Assembly: GCF_000007225.1 (NCBI RefSeq)
Contig: NC_003364.1
Location: 1,327,480-1,359,479, forward strand
Length of the DNA: 32,000 nucleotides
DNA from: Pyrobaculum aerophilum str. IM2
GTDB taxonomy: Archaea > Thermoproteota > Thermoprotei > Thermoproteales > Thermoproteaceae
Reading direction: 5' to 3'
In this document: piece after piece, positions 1 through 7,642 of the stretch
Numbering within the stretch: the first letter of the stretch is position 1
Layout of the letters: the number at the start of each line of letters is the position of its first letter
Made by a program: the position numbers and the translations under genes
Notes under the pieces: model-generated
Databases searched by the model: none
What the model was told of the DNA's origin: nothing
What the model saw: the letters and a program-made list of their open reading frames with translations, nothing else

Positions 1-173
1 GTAAAGGCGGGGAAGTCAATAACAGACATGCCGTTGTTGACAGACTTGGCAAACGGCTTCGTGAGGGCCACAGGCGCTCCTAATGCCTTCCATACATAGG
101 CGAGTATTTCAGCGAAAGTAGTCTTACCGGTTCCGCCCTTGGAGCCGCTGGTGATACAAATTTTCACACTCAC
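1..173 (-). CDS. ParA/MinD-family P-loop ATPase, N-terminal part only (gene runs off the left edge)
   Basis: My own reverse-complement translation from GTG at 173 (alternative GTG at 167) gives VSVKICITSGSKGGTGKTTFAEILAYVWKALGAPVALTKPFAKSVNNGMSVIDFPAF... The deviant Walker A KGGTGKTT is diagnostic of the ParA/MinD/Mrp group. The ORF is absent from the track because it has no stop inside the window. Confidence 0.7.
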   Translation of the reverse strand, partial: MSVKICITSGSKGGTGKTTFAEILAYVWKALGAPVALTKPFAKSVNNGMSVIDFPAF

Positions 174-460
174 ATCACAGATATTAAGCCACCTATAGGT
201 GCCTATAAAAGAATATTGAAATGTGGAGAGGGAATTTCTAGAAGGGTATATAGATTTGGCGGAGTATGCGAGAATTTACTATTTAACGAAGCGAAATCCC
301 CTACTCCGCATTCCTCCTGTACTGTCTTTATACCTTAGGCTCTTCTCCCGAAAATATCGCCGTATGGAGGCGCGTACGTGAGTGTAGAACGCCAATGTGG
401 CGTTCATCTGTGCCCGAAGTTTGGCGACGCGCGAAAACAGCGTCCTCGACGTAATTTCAT

Positions 461-470
461 TTTTAATATA
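461..470 (+). promoter_or_regulatory. TATA box for the acetyltransferase gene
   Basis: TTTTAATATA is centred about 23 nt upstream of the in-frame GTG at 489. The same spacing recurs at many genes in this window. Confidence 0.5.
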
Positions 471-488
471 GTGCTAGATAGAGGAAAT

Positions 489-989
489 GTGATACGCCGT
501 TGTACTGCTTCAGATGTGCCTTATATACTAGAAATTGAGCGCAAGTCGTTTAAGCCAGAGGATATTTACAGCGACGAGCTTTTGAAGTTTTTATGTGCCT
601 ACTGCAACGACTACTCCTATGTCTATGTATTAAACGGCACTGTGGCCGGCTATATTATTACATGCCACGAGGGCAACGCGGCGCACGTGATTTCAATAGC
701 AGTGGCGCCCGAATACCGCAGACGCGGCATAGGAAAGCGTCTGTTGTGCACAGCTCTGAGACTCATGGCTACTGGAAAAGTATCTGAAGTCTTCCTAGAG
801 GTTAGAGTTAGCAACGCGCCAGCGCTACATTTGTACAAATCAGCGGGGTTTGAAGTGGCAGAGTTCTTAAAGTCGTATTACAGCGATGGAGAAGACGGCT
901 ATAGGCTAGTGCTTAGAGACAGGGAAAAAGCCAGGAAATTCTGCGTAAGGGAGTTAGAAATGCAAGGAGGAATTCAGACTAGGGCGTAG
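489..989 (+). CDS. GNAT N-acetyltransferase, Ard1/RimI (protein N-terminal acetyltransferase) type
   Basis: Same frame as track ORF 378-989. It carries the acetyl-CoA binding motif ISIAVAPEYRRRGIGKRLL. I place the start at GTG 489 (VIRRCTASDVPYILEIERKSF...) because of the TATA box at 461-470 and because the 37 upstream codons are basic/Cys-rich and not GNAT-like. The resulting 166 aa fits the archaeal Ard1 size. Confidence 0.8.
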   Translation: MIRRCTASDVPYILEIERKSFKPEDIYSDELLKFLCAYCNDYSYVYVLNGTVAGYIITCHEGNAAHVISIAVAPEYRRRGIGKRLLCTALRLMATGKVSEVFLEVRVSNAPALHLYKSAGFEVAEFLKSYYSDGEDGYRLVLRDREKARKFCVRELEMQGGIQTRA

Positions 990-1074
990 AGCGATCAACG
1001 CGCTTTTGGTTGTGGGGGTTCAGCAACTAGTATTTTATCTGTAGTGAATATTAAGAGGAAAGCCTCTCATATAA

Positions 1075-3933
1075 GTGTACGCCTTCGTTGATCTGCCTTT
1101 TAGTCCCAGCGGCGTTACGCACTTAATACGCCGTCATAAGTCAGTGGGCTTCGAGAGAGAGTTGAAAGAGCTGTATGAGGTATTAAAAGCGGCCAGGGAG
1201 GGCAATAACAACGTATTGGCCGTCATAATAGCGCCGTATGGGTGGGGGAAGAGCGAGCTCTTAGACGAGTTAGAGGCGCTGGCCGAGAAGGAGGGGTTTG
1301 ACATATATAGAACGGCGCTATCCCTAGAGGGAGAGTTTACTATAGATATCGCGTTGAAAAAGCGGAATAAGCCTATGCTTGTGTTAATAGACGAAGCTGA
1401 TGAGCTCTCTCGCATTGTTGCAGTGCACAAACTGGGCGTGTTGGGCGATGAGAAATTTGTCAAAACAGTGCAAAAAGTCGCCACTTATATAAGAGCTTTG
1501 CTAGAGCCTAGATCTTATAAAAACATCCTGGGCGATCCCGAGAGATTTAATAAAATAGCTATAGTAGTGGCCCTAACGCCACAGTTGTATTATACTATTT
1601 TAAAAAATGTAGTACCAGATGTATTTGATATAACTAGTGGTAGAGTGTATAGAGAAATTATAATAGATACCAGATTTCCATTTTGGCAATTTGTCGAAGT
1701 TGTAAAACAGAGGCTGTTGGCCTATTCAGACACGGAGAGAGTTAGGGAGATAGAAAGAGGCAAGATAGACCTCCTCACTCCCTTTACATTATACGACTTG
1801 GCGGCAGTATACCACTTGGCTAAAAGGCGAGGCGAGGTGGCCCCCAGGCCTCTTCTAAAGCTCATGGCAAGGCTTTTCCAAATTAAGAAAGAAGGCGGCA
1901 GGCTGGCGCATTTACTAAGAGAGGAGGGGTTTAACCCAGACTTAGACGATGAAATTTTAGAAATAGTCTTCGCGGCTATACCAGTTGAACACAAAAAGCC
2001 ATATTTAAAAGAAGTATATCTATATAAAATACCATTTGAAGACAAGGAGGCATTAAACATAGCAAGGGAATATTTAGTAGTCAGGGGTAAAGAACTTGAC
2101 ATAAAAGATCCTAAAAACGTATCATATGAGCCGTATCTATACTATTCGCTTATAGAAGACGGCCGCCTTTTCGTCTACTTAATAGCGGAAGAGAATTTAG
2201 GCATCGAAAAGTACCTAGTTGGCAAGAGGTACGTAGTCGCTGAGGATGTGGCAAAGCTCGTTGGCTGGGAGGAGGCCCAATCCGTCGCCATAGTTGCGAA
2301 GGAGTTGAGCCAGAGGCTTGAGAGCCCAATAGCCCTGTTGGAAGAGGCAGAACGGGCGTTAGGCATAGAAGGCGTGAAGCTGAGGCGATGTTGCGGATAT
2401 GCCACATGGTCAAATAAAATGGGAGTGCGCGAAGCTTACCTCTTTCTCTACGTAGACCGGGAGGACGAGTTAAAGCGGGTTGTGGAAGAGCTGGCTGAAG
2501 TAGTGTCGCAAGGAGTTATAAATGGTTATGTCGTGGACTATTTAAACGTCCTCCTCGTAAGCCGGGTCTTGCTCACAGAGACTATTCAACAAGCCACATC
2601 GCCTTTAATGTCGGCGTATTGGAAACGCCTATTTCCAGATCCCGTCTCTAAGTTTACAACCCTTGAGATCTACGGCGCAGACAAGTATGAAAAACTGAAG
2701 CAACAGTTAATTAAATACGCAGTTGATAAGATCTTAAAGAGGGGGGAAAAGCCGCCTGAATTCGTAGACGCGGTGATGCTCGGGAGGGAAAGGGCGAGGG
2801 AGAATGTGCTCAAATACACACTAGCTTTGAAAAAAGGAAAGGAGAAAAAGGCTATAGCGCTTATCAAATTAGCTGAGGCCCTTGAAGAGGGGGGAGAGGT
2901 AGAGGGCCTTAAGGCCTACCGCGAGATAGAAGAAATATTACTAAACGCGTTTGAAGACTCTATTCACGAAAAGGAGTTTAAGTCATTAATAAACACGCTA
3001 TTCCCCGTTAACTTATGGAGGGAAATTAGAGAGGACGATGTAGTGGAGTTAATGAAGCTGAGAGGGCAAATAATCCCTATTGGCGACAGGCTTTACAAAT
3101 ATAGAGAGGATTTGGCAAAACGCTATATGTCAGAGGTCTTGCGCCAGTTAGAAGCCCTGAGAGAAGTGAAAGTAGAGAGGCAGACGCCGGCAGGCCCTAT
3201 AAAACTAGTAAGAGTATTAGACATTGGCGAGATAGAGGCCGCGTTCACGGACAAGAAAAGCTACGCAAAGGCTTTAAGAGAGGCGTTATTAAAGCTCCAG
3301 GTAATAAAGGAAAAATACAACGAAATAAAAACAGAGCTAGAGCGAGAGACAGAGGAGAAGGCGAGATTAATCAAAAGAATGTATTCTCTGCTGGAAAAGT
3401 TTCCCCAGAGGAGGAAATTCGTAAACCTCGAAAAATTAGATGAGGAGATTGTGAGGAGAGAAGAGGCCATTGCCCAAAAGACAGAAGAAGCCTTACATGT
3501 GTGGAGCGGAATTAAACACATGGCCAGCGCAGTTGGGTCGCGGCTAGACGTGGAGAGAGACTTGGCAGTATTATTAGAGTTGCCCGAGCCCTGGATAGCC
3601 GACTACGTGGCAGTGCTGAAAATTTACTCCTCAGAGCTCGAGAAAAAATACGCGCTATTCTTGGAGAAAGAAAAAGCGAAAAAAACCGCGTTAGAATGGC
3701 TGAAATCGAAATTCGGAGTAGAAAGCGAAGATATAGATACTGCGTTAACTACAGTGGCTACTAAGATTGGCGTGAATATAAAACTACTCGAGGCTGTTGC
3801 CAAGAGGGGGAAAGGAGCCGTTCTTGAAGTAGATCAGCTCGCCGTAGAGACCGGCCTCAAAAAAGAGGAGGTAGAGAGAGAGCTAGAAAGGCTTTACAAG
3901 GCTGGCGCAGTGGAGAAGAAATATGTCGCTTAA
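1075..3933 (+). CDS. Large uncharacterised P-loop NTPase (AAA_16/Arch_ATPase/ORC-like head) with a long helical/coiled-coil body and a C-terminal wHTH-like segment
   Basis: 952 aa. Walker A is APYGWGKS (aa 53-60), preceded by FERELKELYEVL as in archaeal STAND/ORC-like ATPases. Walker B is MLVLIDEADEL (aa 101-111). K/E/R-rich helical segments span roughly aa 560-860. The C-terminal tail EVDQLAVETGLKKEEVERELERLYKAGAVEKKYV looks like a winged helix. The start is GTG. Confidence 0.75.
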   Translation: MYAFVDLPFSPSGVTHLIRRHKSVGFERELKELYEVLKAAREGNNNVLAVIIAPYGWGKSELLDELEALAEKEGFDIYRTALSLEGEFTIDIALKKRNKPMLVLIDEADELSRIVAVHKLGVLGDEKFVKTVQKVATYIRALLEPRSYKNILGDPERFNKIAIVVALTPQLYYTILKNVVPDVFDITSGRVYREIIIDTRFPFWQFVEVVKQRLLAYSDTERVREIERGKIDLLTPFTLYDLAAVYHLAKRRGEVAPRPLLKLMARLFQIKKEGGRLAHLLREEGFNPDLDDEILEIVFAAIPVEHKKPYLKEVYLYKIPFEDKEALNIAREYLVVRGKELDIKDPKNVSYEPYLYYSLIEDGRLFVYLIAEENLGIEKYLVGKRYVVAEDVAKLVGWEEAQSVAIVAKELSQRLESPIALLEEAERALGIEGVKLRRCCGYATWSNKMGVREAYLFLYVDREDELKRVVEELAEVVSQGVINGYVVDYLNVLLVSRVLLTETIQQATSPLMSAYWKRLFPDPVSKFTTLEIYGADKYEKLKQQLIKYAVDKILKRGEKPPEFVDAVMLGRERARENVLKYTLALKKGKEKKAIALIKLAEALEEGGEVEGLKAYREIEEILLNAFEDSIHEKEFKSLINTLFPVNLWREIREDDVVELMKLRGQIIPIGDRLYKYREDLAKRYMSEVLRQLEALREVKVERQTPAGPIKLVRVLDIGEIEAAFTDKKSYAKALREALLKLQVIKEKYNEIKTELERETEEKARLIKRMYSLLEKFPQRRKFVNLEKLDEEIVRREEAIAQKTEEALHVWSGIKHMASAVGSRLDVERDLAVLLELPEPWIADYVAVLKIYSSELEKKYALFLEKEKAKKTALEWLKSKFGVESEDIDTALTTVATKIGVNIKLLEAVAKRGKGAVLEVDQLAVETGLKKEEVERELERLYKAGAVEKKYVA

Positions 3934-4438
3934 AGTTATAGTGCTCACAGAGGGCGTTGCTGTGAGGGAAGAGGGAGATGTGATTATTGACGCCGCTGGA
4001 CAGCCACAGTTTTTTGACGTGATAATCTTAAGCGGTAAGGAGTTGAAGTCCATTGTGGCAACAGGCGTTGTAAACATCGGCGTGCCTATCGGCATAGGGA
4101 AGTATACGAAAAAGCCCGTGGCTGCCGTGGTAGGCGATAAGGTATACATCAAGGGTATACCGTTGACGCTATATAAAGAGACGGGGATGTTGGAGAGGGA
4201 ATTGGCAGAGGCGTTAAAAAAGACTGGCAATGAGACAGAGGCGGTGTTAAAAAAACTTAAAGAAATCGTCATTTCAGAAAGGCGGCGTCATAAAAAGTCG
4301 CATACATTATCTATACTAAGCAAATATATATCGGGCGAAATAGACGAATTGCCCCCGCACTTGGCAGATATCGTGGGGAGCCTCGATAAGGACTCTCTTA
4401 GGAGCGTCTTTGAGAAATTAGTAGAGGATGTGTATTAA
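3923..4438 (+). CDS. Hypothetical protein, middle gene of the NTPase/NurA-like operon
   Basis: 171 aa. Its ATG overlaps the upstream gene by 11 nt. The N-terminal half looks beta-rich (VIVLTEGVAVREEGDVIIDAAG..., GVVNIGVPIGIGKY) and the C-terminal half is helical. I recognise no family motif. Confidence 0.6.
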   Translation: MSLKVIVLTEGVAVREEGDVIIDAAGQPQFFDVIILSGKELKSIVATGVVNIGVPIGIGKYTKKPVAAVVGDKVYIKGIPLTLYKETGMLERELAEALKKTGNETEAVLKKLKEIVISERRRHKKSHTLSILSKYISGEIDELPPHLADIVGSLDKDSLRSVFEKLVEDVY

Positions 4439-5184
4439 TGCGCGACCTTCTCTCACAGCTCCTGAGATTTGCTGAGCTGGAATATACTTTAAGGAAATTA
4501 GAGGTGCCTGAAGCGTTGAGAAAACTAGTCGTTCCGTGTGAAAGCGAAGACAAGCCAGACTACTACGCCGTTGATTCCGGCTATGTCGTGCAAAAAATTG
4601 GCTCCTTTGACGTTTTAATTCAGTCTATTGTCGCGGTGGGGAGAGAGGTTAGAAGGAGGTTTTTAATTAAAAAGGTGGTTGAGGATGTACATACTGAGGC
4701 TAGGAGGCGGGAGATACGTTTTGCCGAATCAATTGACGCAGATATCGTCCTCGTTGACGGGCCGCTAACGCCGTACGTGGGCGTTACAAGGGTAATTGGA
4801 GTTTCAAAAGATCCGAGGCTTGTTAGATACGGTCCTAGAATAGAAGACGACGCGACGAGAGATCTATTTGTAAGGCTCTCTAAGAGGTGGGGAGAAAGAG
4901 AGGTGGCAGGCGCGTTGCTGGCAAGCGTCCCTGCGGGATCCTACCTCTTGCCGGTTGACATAGGCGGTTTACGTGGCACTTTTTTCAAAAGCGAATGGGT
5001 GTTATATGTAGAATTTCCAAAAAATCTATCGGCAGATGCGCTGTGCGCCTTGTTTAAGAGATATCCAGTGAGGCTTAGAGTGGCGCACCACCTCGCCAAG
5101 ATCGGCAGGGAATATGTAAAAAGCGTGAGGGCAGTTCTGTCATCTCTTATGGGCGCTTCTCTACACTTTAGAGATATACTATGA
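4438..5184 (+). CDS. NurA-like nuclease (RNase H-fold 5'-3' nuclease family), paralogue outside a herA-mre11-rad50 context
   Basis: 248 aa. The start overlaps the previous stop as TAATG. Motifs appear in NurA order: YYAVDSGY (D46), EARRREIRFAE, IVLVDGPLTP (D107), RYPVRLRVAHHLAKI (H217/H218). The assignment is from remembered motif patterns and has not been searched. Confidence 0.55.
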   Translation: MRDLLSQLLRFAELEYTLRKLEVPEALRKLVVPCESEDKPDYYAVDSGYVVQKIGSFDVLIQSIVAVGREVRRRFLIKKVVEDVHTEARRREIRFAESIDADIVLVDGPLTPYVGVTRVIGVSKDPRLVRYGPRIEDDATRDLFVRLSKRWGEREVAGALLASVPAGSYLLPVDIGGLRGTFFKSEWVLYVEFPKNLSADALCALFKRYPVRLRVAHHLAKIGREYVKSVRAVLSSLMGASLHFRDIL

Positions 5185-5319
5185 CCCTTTGTAAATGTAA
5201 ACTAACTGTGCAAGCGCCATGTTAATACAATCGTCAAGCGAATCAAAGTTATATCTCTTGCATATTTTATATAGTTGTTCTAATTCTTCCTCCGAAAGAG
5301 GAATTATAACTTGTTCCAT
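5179..5319 (-). CDS. Small ribbon-helix-helix (CopG/Arc/MetJ-like) protein, unlisted 46-aa ORF
   Basis: My own translation gives MEQVIIPLSEEELEQLYKICKRYNFDSLDDCINMALAQLVYIYKGS. It shows the strand-helix-turn-helix pattern and size typical of RHH proteins. GTATATAATT lies about 25 nt upstream on the minus strand (about 5340-5350). The 3' end overlaps the NurA-like gene by 6 nt, tail to tail. Confidence 0.5.
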   Translation of the reverse strand: MEQVIIPLSEEELEQLYKICKRYNFDSLDDCINMALAQLVYIYKGS

Positions 5320-5372
5320 ATTGAAGAGTAAGCCCTGAATTATATACCCCCTTTACAAAAAACGTACACGTA

Positions 5373-5384
5373 AACATATATATA
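5373..5384 (+). promoter_or_regulatory. TATA box for the aminotransferase gene
   Basis: AACATATATATA is centred about 26 nt upstream of ATG 5405. Confidence 0.55.
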
Positions 5385-5404
5385 CAGTCCCGGTGGGGGG
5401 TTCA

Positions 5405-6586
5405 ATGAGAGGATTCTCCCCCAGAATTGGTGCCCTTAGAGAATCGCCTACGCGTAAAATTGACGAGCTGAGGGAGAAGCTCAGGAGGGAAAACCGTGAT
5501 GTAATACTACTCTCCACGGGCCAGCCCTCCATTCCGCCGCCGCGTGAAGTGAGGGAGGCGCTCGGCGAACTCCTTAAAGTAGACACAATGGAGCTATATG
5601 GCTATACGCCGAGCCAGGGGATATATGAGGTGAGACAGGCGATATCTGAAGACTTGAGAAGACTGGGAGGGCTTGAGGTGCCGCCAGAGCAAATAGTGTT
5701 AACCGCGGGAGGCCAAGCCGCCATGTTCTCCACGTTGGCAACACTAATAGAGCCGGGCGATGAGGTGGTGGTAACAGATCCCACTTACTTCGGCTACAAG
5801 CCTCTCCTCGAATATTTTGGCGCTGTTGTAAAACCAGTGAGAACCCGCTTAGAGGACGGCTTCCAGCCAAATCCGGAGGCGCTTAAAGATTCTGTGAGCA
5901 GAAAGACCAAGGCGTTAATACTGGTATCCCCTGACAATCCCACTGGGAGGGCCTTGAAGGAGGAGGCGGCTAAGGCCGTGGTAGACCTTGCCGAGGATTA
6001 CGACTTCTGGATAATAACAGACGAGGCATACAAGACGTTGATTTACGAGGGGAGTCATATATATTTGTATAAACTCGCCCCGGACCGCACTATTTCAATA
6101 AATACCTTTTCCAAGGATCCCGCCATACCTGGATGGCGCCTCGGATACGTATACGGTCCTCCTGAGGTCATGCCGAAGATAAAGCTGGTTAACGAGGAGA
6201 TGGTATACTGCCCCCCCTCCTTCGCTCAAAGGCTAGTGGCAATATATCTACGCTCTGAGGCGAGAATGCGGTATATAAGAGAAGTGGTGGAGATATATCG
6301 CCAGAAGAGAGATGTGGCAGTAGCAGCTCTGAGGAAGTACGTGCCCGAGGCGCGGTTTATAGTGCCGGCGGGCTCTATGTTTATTTTCGTCGACTTGTCT
6401 AGATATATAAGCGACGGCGAGAGTTTTGCCAGAGAGCTGTTGGAGAGATACGGCGTGGCGGTGGTCCCCGGCTCTTACTTCAGCGAGATCTACCGGGCAG
6501 CCGTTAGGATATCATTTGTAACAGAGCCCCCCCACCGGCTTGAGGAGGGGATACGCAGAATTGGGGAGGCGCTGAAAGCCACGTGA
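5405..6586 (+). CDS. Class I/II PLP-dependent aminotransferase (aspartate aminotransferase family)
   Basis: Same frame as track ORF 5393-6586. PLP-lysine motif NTFSKDPAIPGWRLGY, and family-typical SPDNPTG. I prefer ATG 5405 (MRGFSPRIG...) over GTG 5393 because of the TATA spacing. Confidence 0.85.
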   Translation: MRGFSPRIGALRESPTRKIDELREKLRRENRDVILLSTGQPSIPPPREVREALGELLKVDTMELYGYTPSQGIYEVRQAISEDLRRLGGLEVPPEQIVLTAGGQAAMFSTLATLIEPGDEVVVTDPTYFGYKPLLEYFGAVVKPVRTRLEDGFQPNPEALKDSVSRKTKALILVSPDNPTGRALKEEAAKAVVDLAEDYDFWIITDEAYKTLIYEGSHIYLYKLAPDRTISINTFSKDPAIPGWRLGYVYGPPEVMPKIKLVNEEMVYCPPSFAQRLVAIYLRSEARMRYIREVVEIYRQKRDVAVAALRKYVPEARFIVPAGSMFIFVDLSRYISDGESFARELLERYGVAVVPGSYFSEIYRAAVRISFVTEPPHRLEEGIRRIGEALKAT

Positions 6587-7056
6587 TCTCATTGGAAACT
6601 CTTCTGTATTTAATACAGGGGGAGAGAGTGCTTCTCATTCTGAAGAAAAGAGGGCTTGGCAAAGGGCTTTTCAACGGCGTTGGCGGGAAGGTAAAGCCAG
6701 GAGAGACGCCTGAGCAAGCCGTCGTAAGAGAGGCCGAGGAGGAAATAGGCGTGAAGCCTATACAGCTGAGCTGGAGGGGGTTATTAGAGTTCTGGAATTT
6801 AGAAAACGGACAGGTTGAGTCAATACATTACGTGCACGTCTATGTGTCTGAAAAATACGTGGGCGAGCCGCGGGAAAGCGACGAAGCGGCGCCCCTGTGG
6901 TTTGAAAAAGGGAATATCCCCTACGATAGAATGTGGGAAGATGATCGCCTCTGGTTACCTGTCGTGCTAGATGGGAAGAGGGTCTATGGTAAGTTTGAAT
7001 TTGAAGATTGGAAATTAAGAAAATGGATAGTTTACTTACTTCAACAAACTGGCTAA
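6583..7056 (+). CDS. Nudix hydrolase (MutT-like)
   Basis: The Nudix box GGKVKPGETPEQAVVREAEEEIGV matches GX5EX7REUXEEXGU. The GTG start overlaps the aminotransferase stop as GTGA. Confidence 0.85.
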   Translation: MISLETLLYLIQGERVLLILKKRGLGKGLFNGVGGKVKPGETPEQAVVREAEEEIGVKPIQLSWRGLLEFWNLENGQVESIHYVHVYVSEKYVGEPRESDEAAPLWFEKGNIPYDRMWEDDRLWLPVVLDGKRVYGKFEFEDWKLRKWIVYLLQQTG

Positions 7057-7599
7057 CTTCGCCTTTATTTCGCTTAGTTCACTCCTCAGCCTCTCGACTT
7101 CTTGTTTCAACCTGGCGTTCTCCTCGGCTAGTTCTTTACACTCTTTTGGAGCTGTTGCCTGTTGGCAGCGATCGCTTCTAACCCAATAGTAAAGCTCAGT
7201 TTTATCTTTTCGCCAGCGCAACTCCCCCGTGTTTATGTCCAGTTCTATTTCCGTAATTATCATAAATATATCGCCTTTATCCAAGCCGTATTTAGGCGCC
7301 TGTTCGTTGAAAAACCACTCTTTAATTGCGTCAAACATTTCCTTACTGGATTTCTTAAACTCATCTGAGTCTCTGATTTTGTTGAAAAGCTCTTCGCCCT
7401 GCGGGCCGAATTTCCCCCTCAGAGATCCAGCCAGTGCGCCAAAGAGCAGTCTGAAGAAGTCAGGGCGCCCGCCCGCCCCGTATCTCCCGAAGAGCCTGCC
7501 TGCAGACGTCTTTCCAGTATTCCAGCGAATTACGAGAACTTGCCTCCCCTCCCTCTCTTCAAGGTGTGCCCTTTCCACAGTCCGTTCCTCTTCCGCCAT
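7036..7599 (-). CDS. Hypothetical protein with Gly/Arg-rich N-terminal region and C-terminal coiled coil
   Basis: 187-aa ORF. The C-terminus ELAEENARLKQEVERLRSELSEIKAKLASLL is heptad-like. Its 3' end overlaps the Nudix gene by 21 nt in convergent orientation. I recognise no family. Confidence 0.55.
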   Translation of the reverse strand: MAEEERTVERAHLEEREGRQVLVIRWNTGKTSAGRLFGRYGAGGRPDFFRLLFGALAGSLRGKFGPQGEELFNKIRDSDEFKKSSKEMFDAIKEWFFNEQAPKYGLDKGDIFMIITEIELDINTGELRWRKDKTELYYWVRSDRCQQATAPKECKELAEENARLKQEVERLRSELSEIKAKLASLLK

Positions 7600-7642
7600 G
7601 TCTATATTATAAGGCTTATAAATAAAGATCTGCCCCTCGGTA

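Noticed and set aside
378-488. N-terminal 37-codon extension of the acetyltransferase ORF from GTG 378
   Set aside because: The extension is Cys/Arg-rich and not GNAT-like. A TATA box at 461-470 would lie inside it. The start at GTG 489 gives the expected protein size.
1134-4272. Series of 65-129-aa minus-strand ORFs opposite the 952-aa NTPase and the 171-aa gene
   Set aside because: All are Ser/Leu/Phe-rich shadows of K/E-rich coding sequence, and each is nested in a longer ORF with clear motifs.
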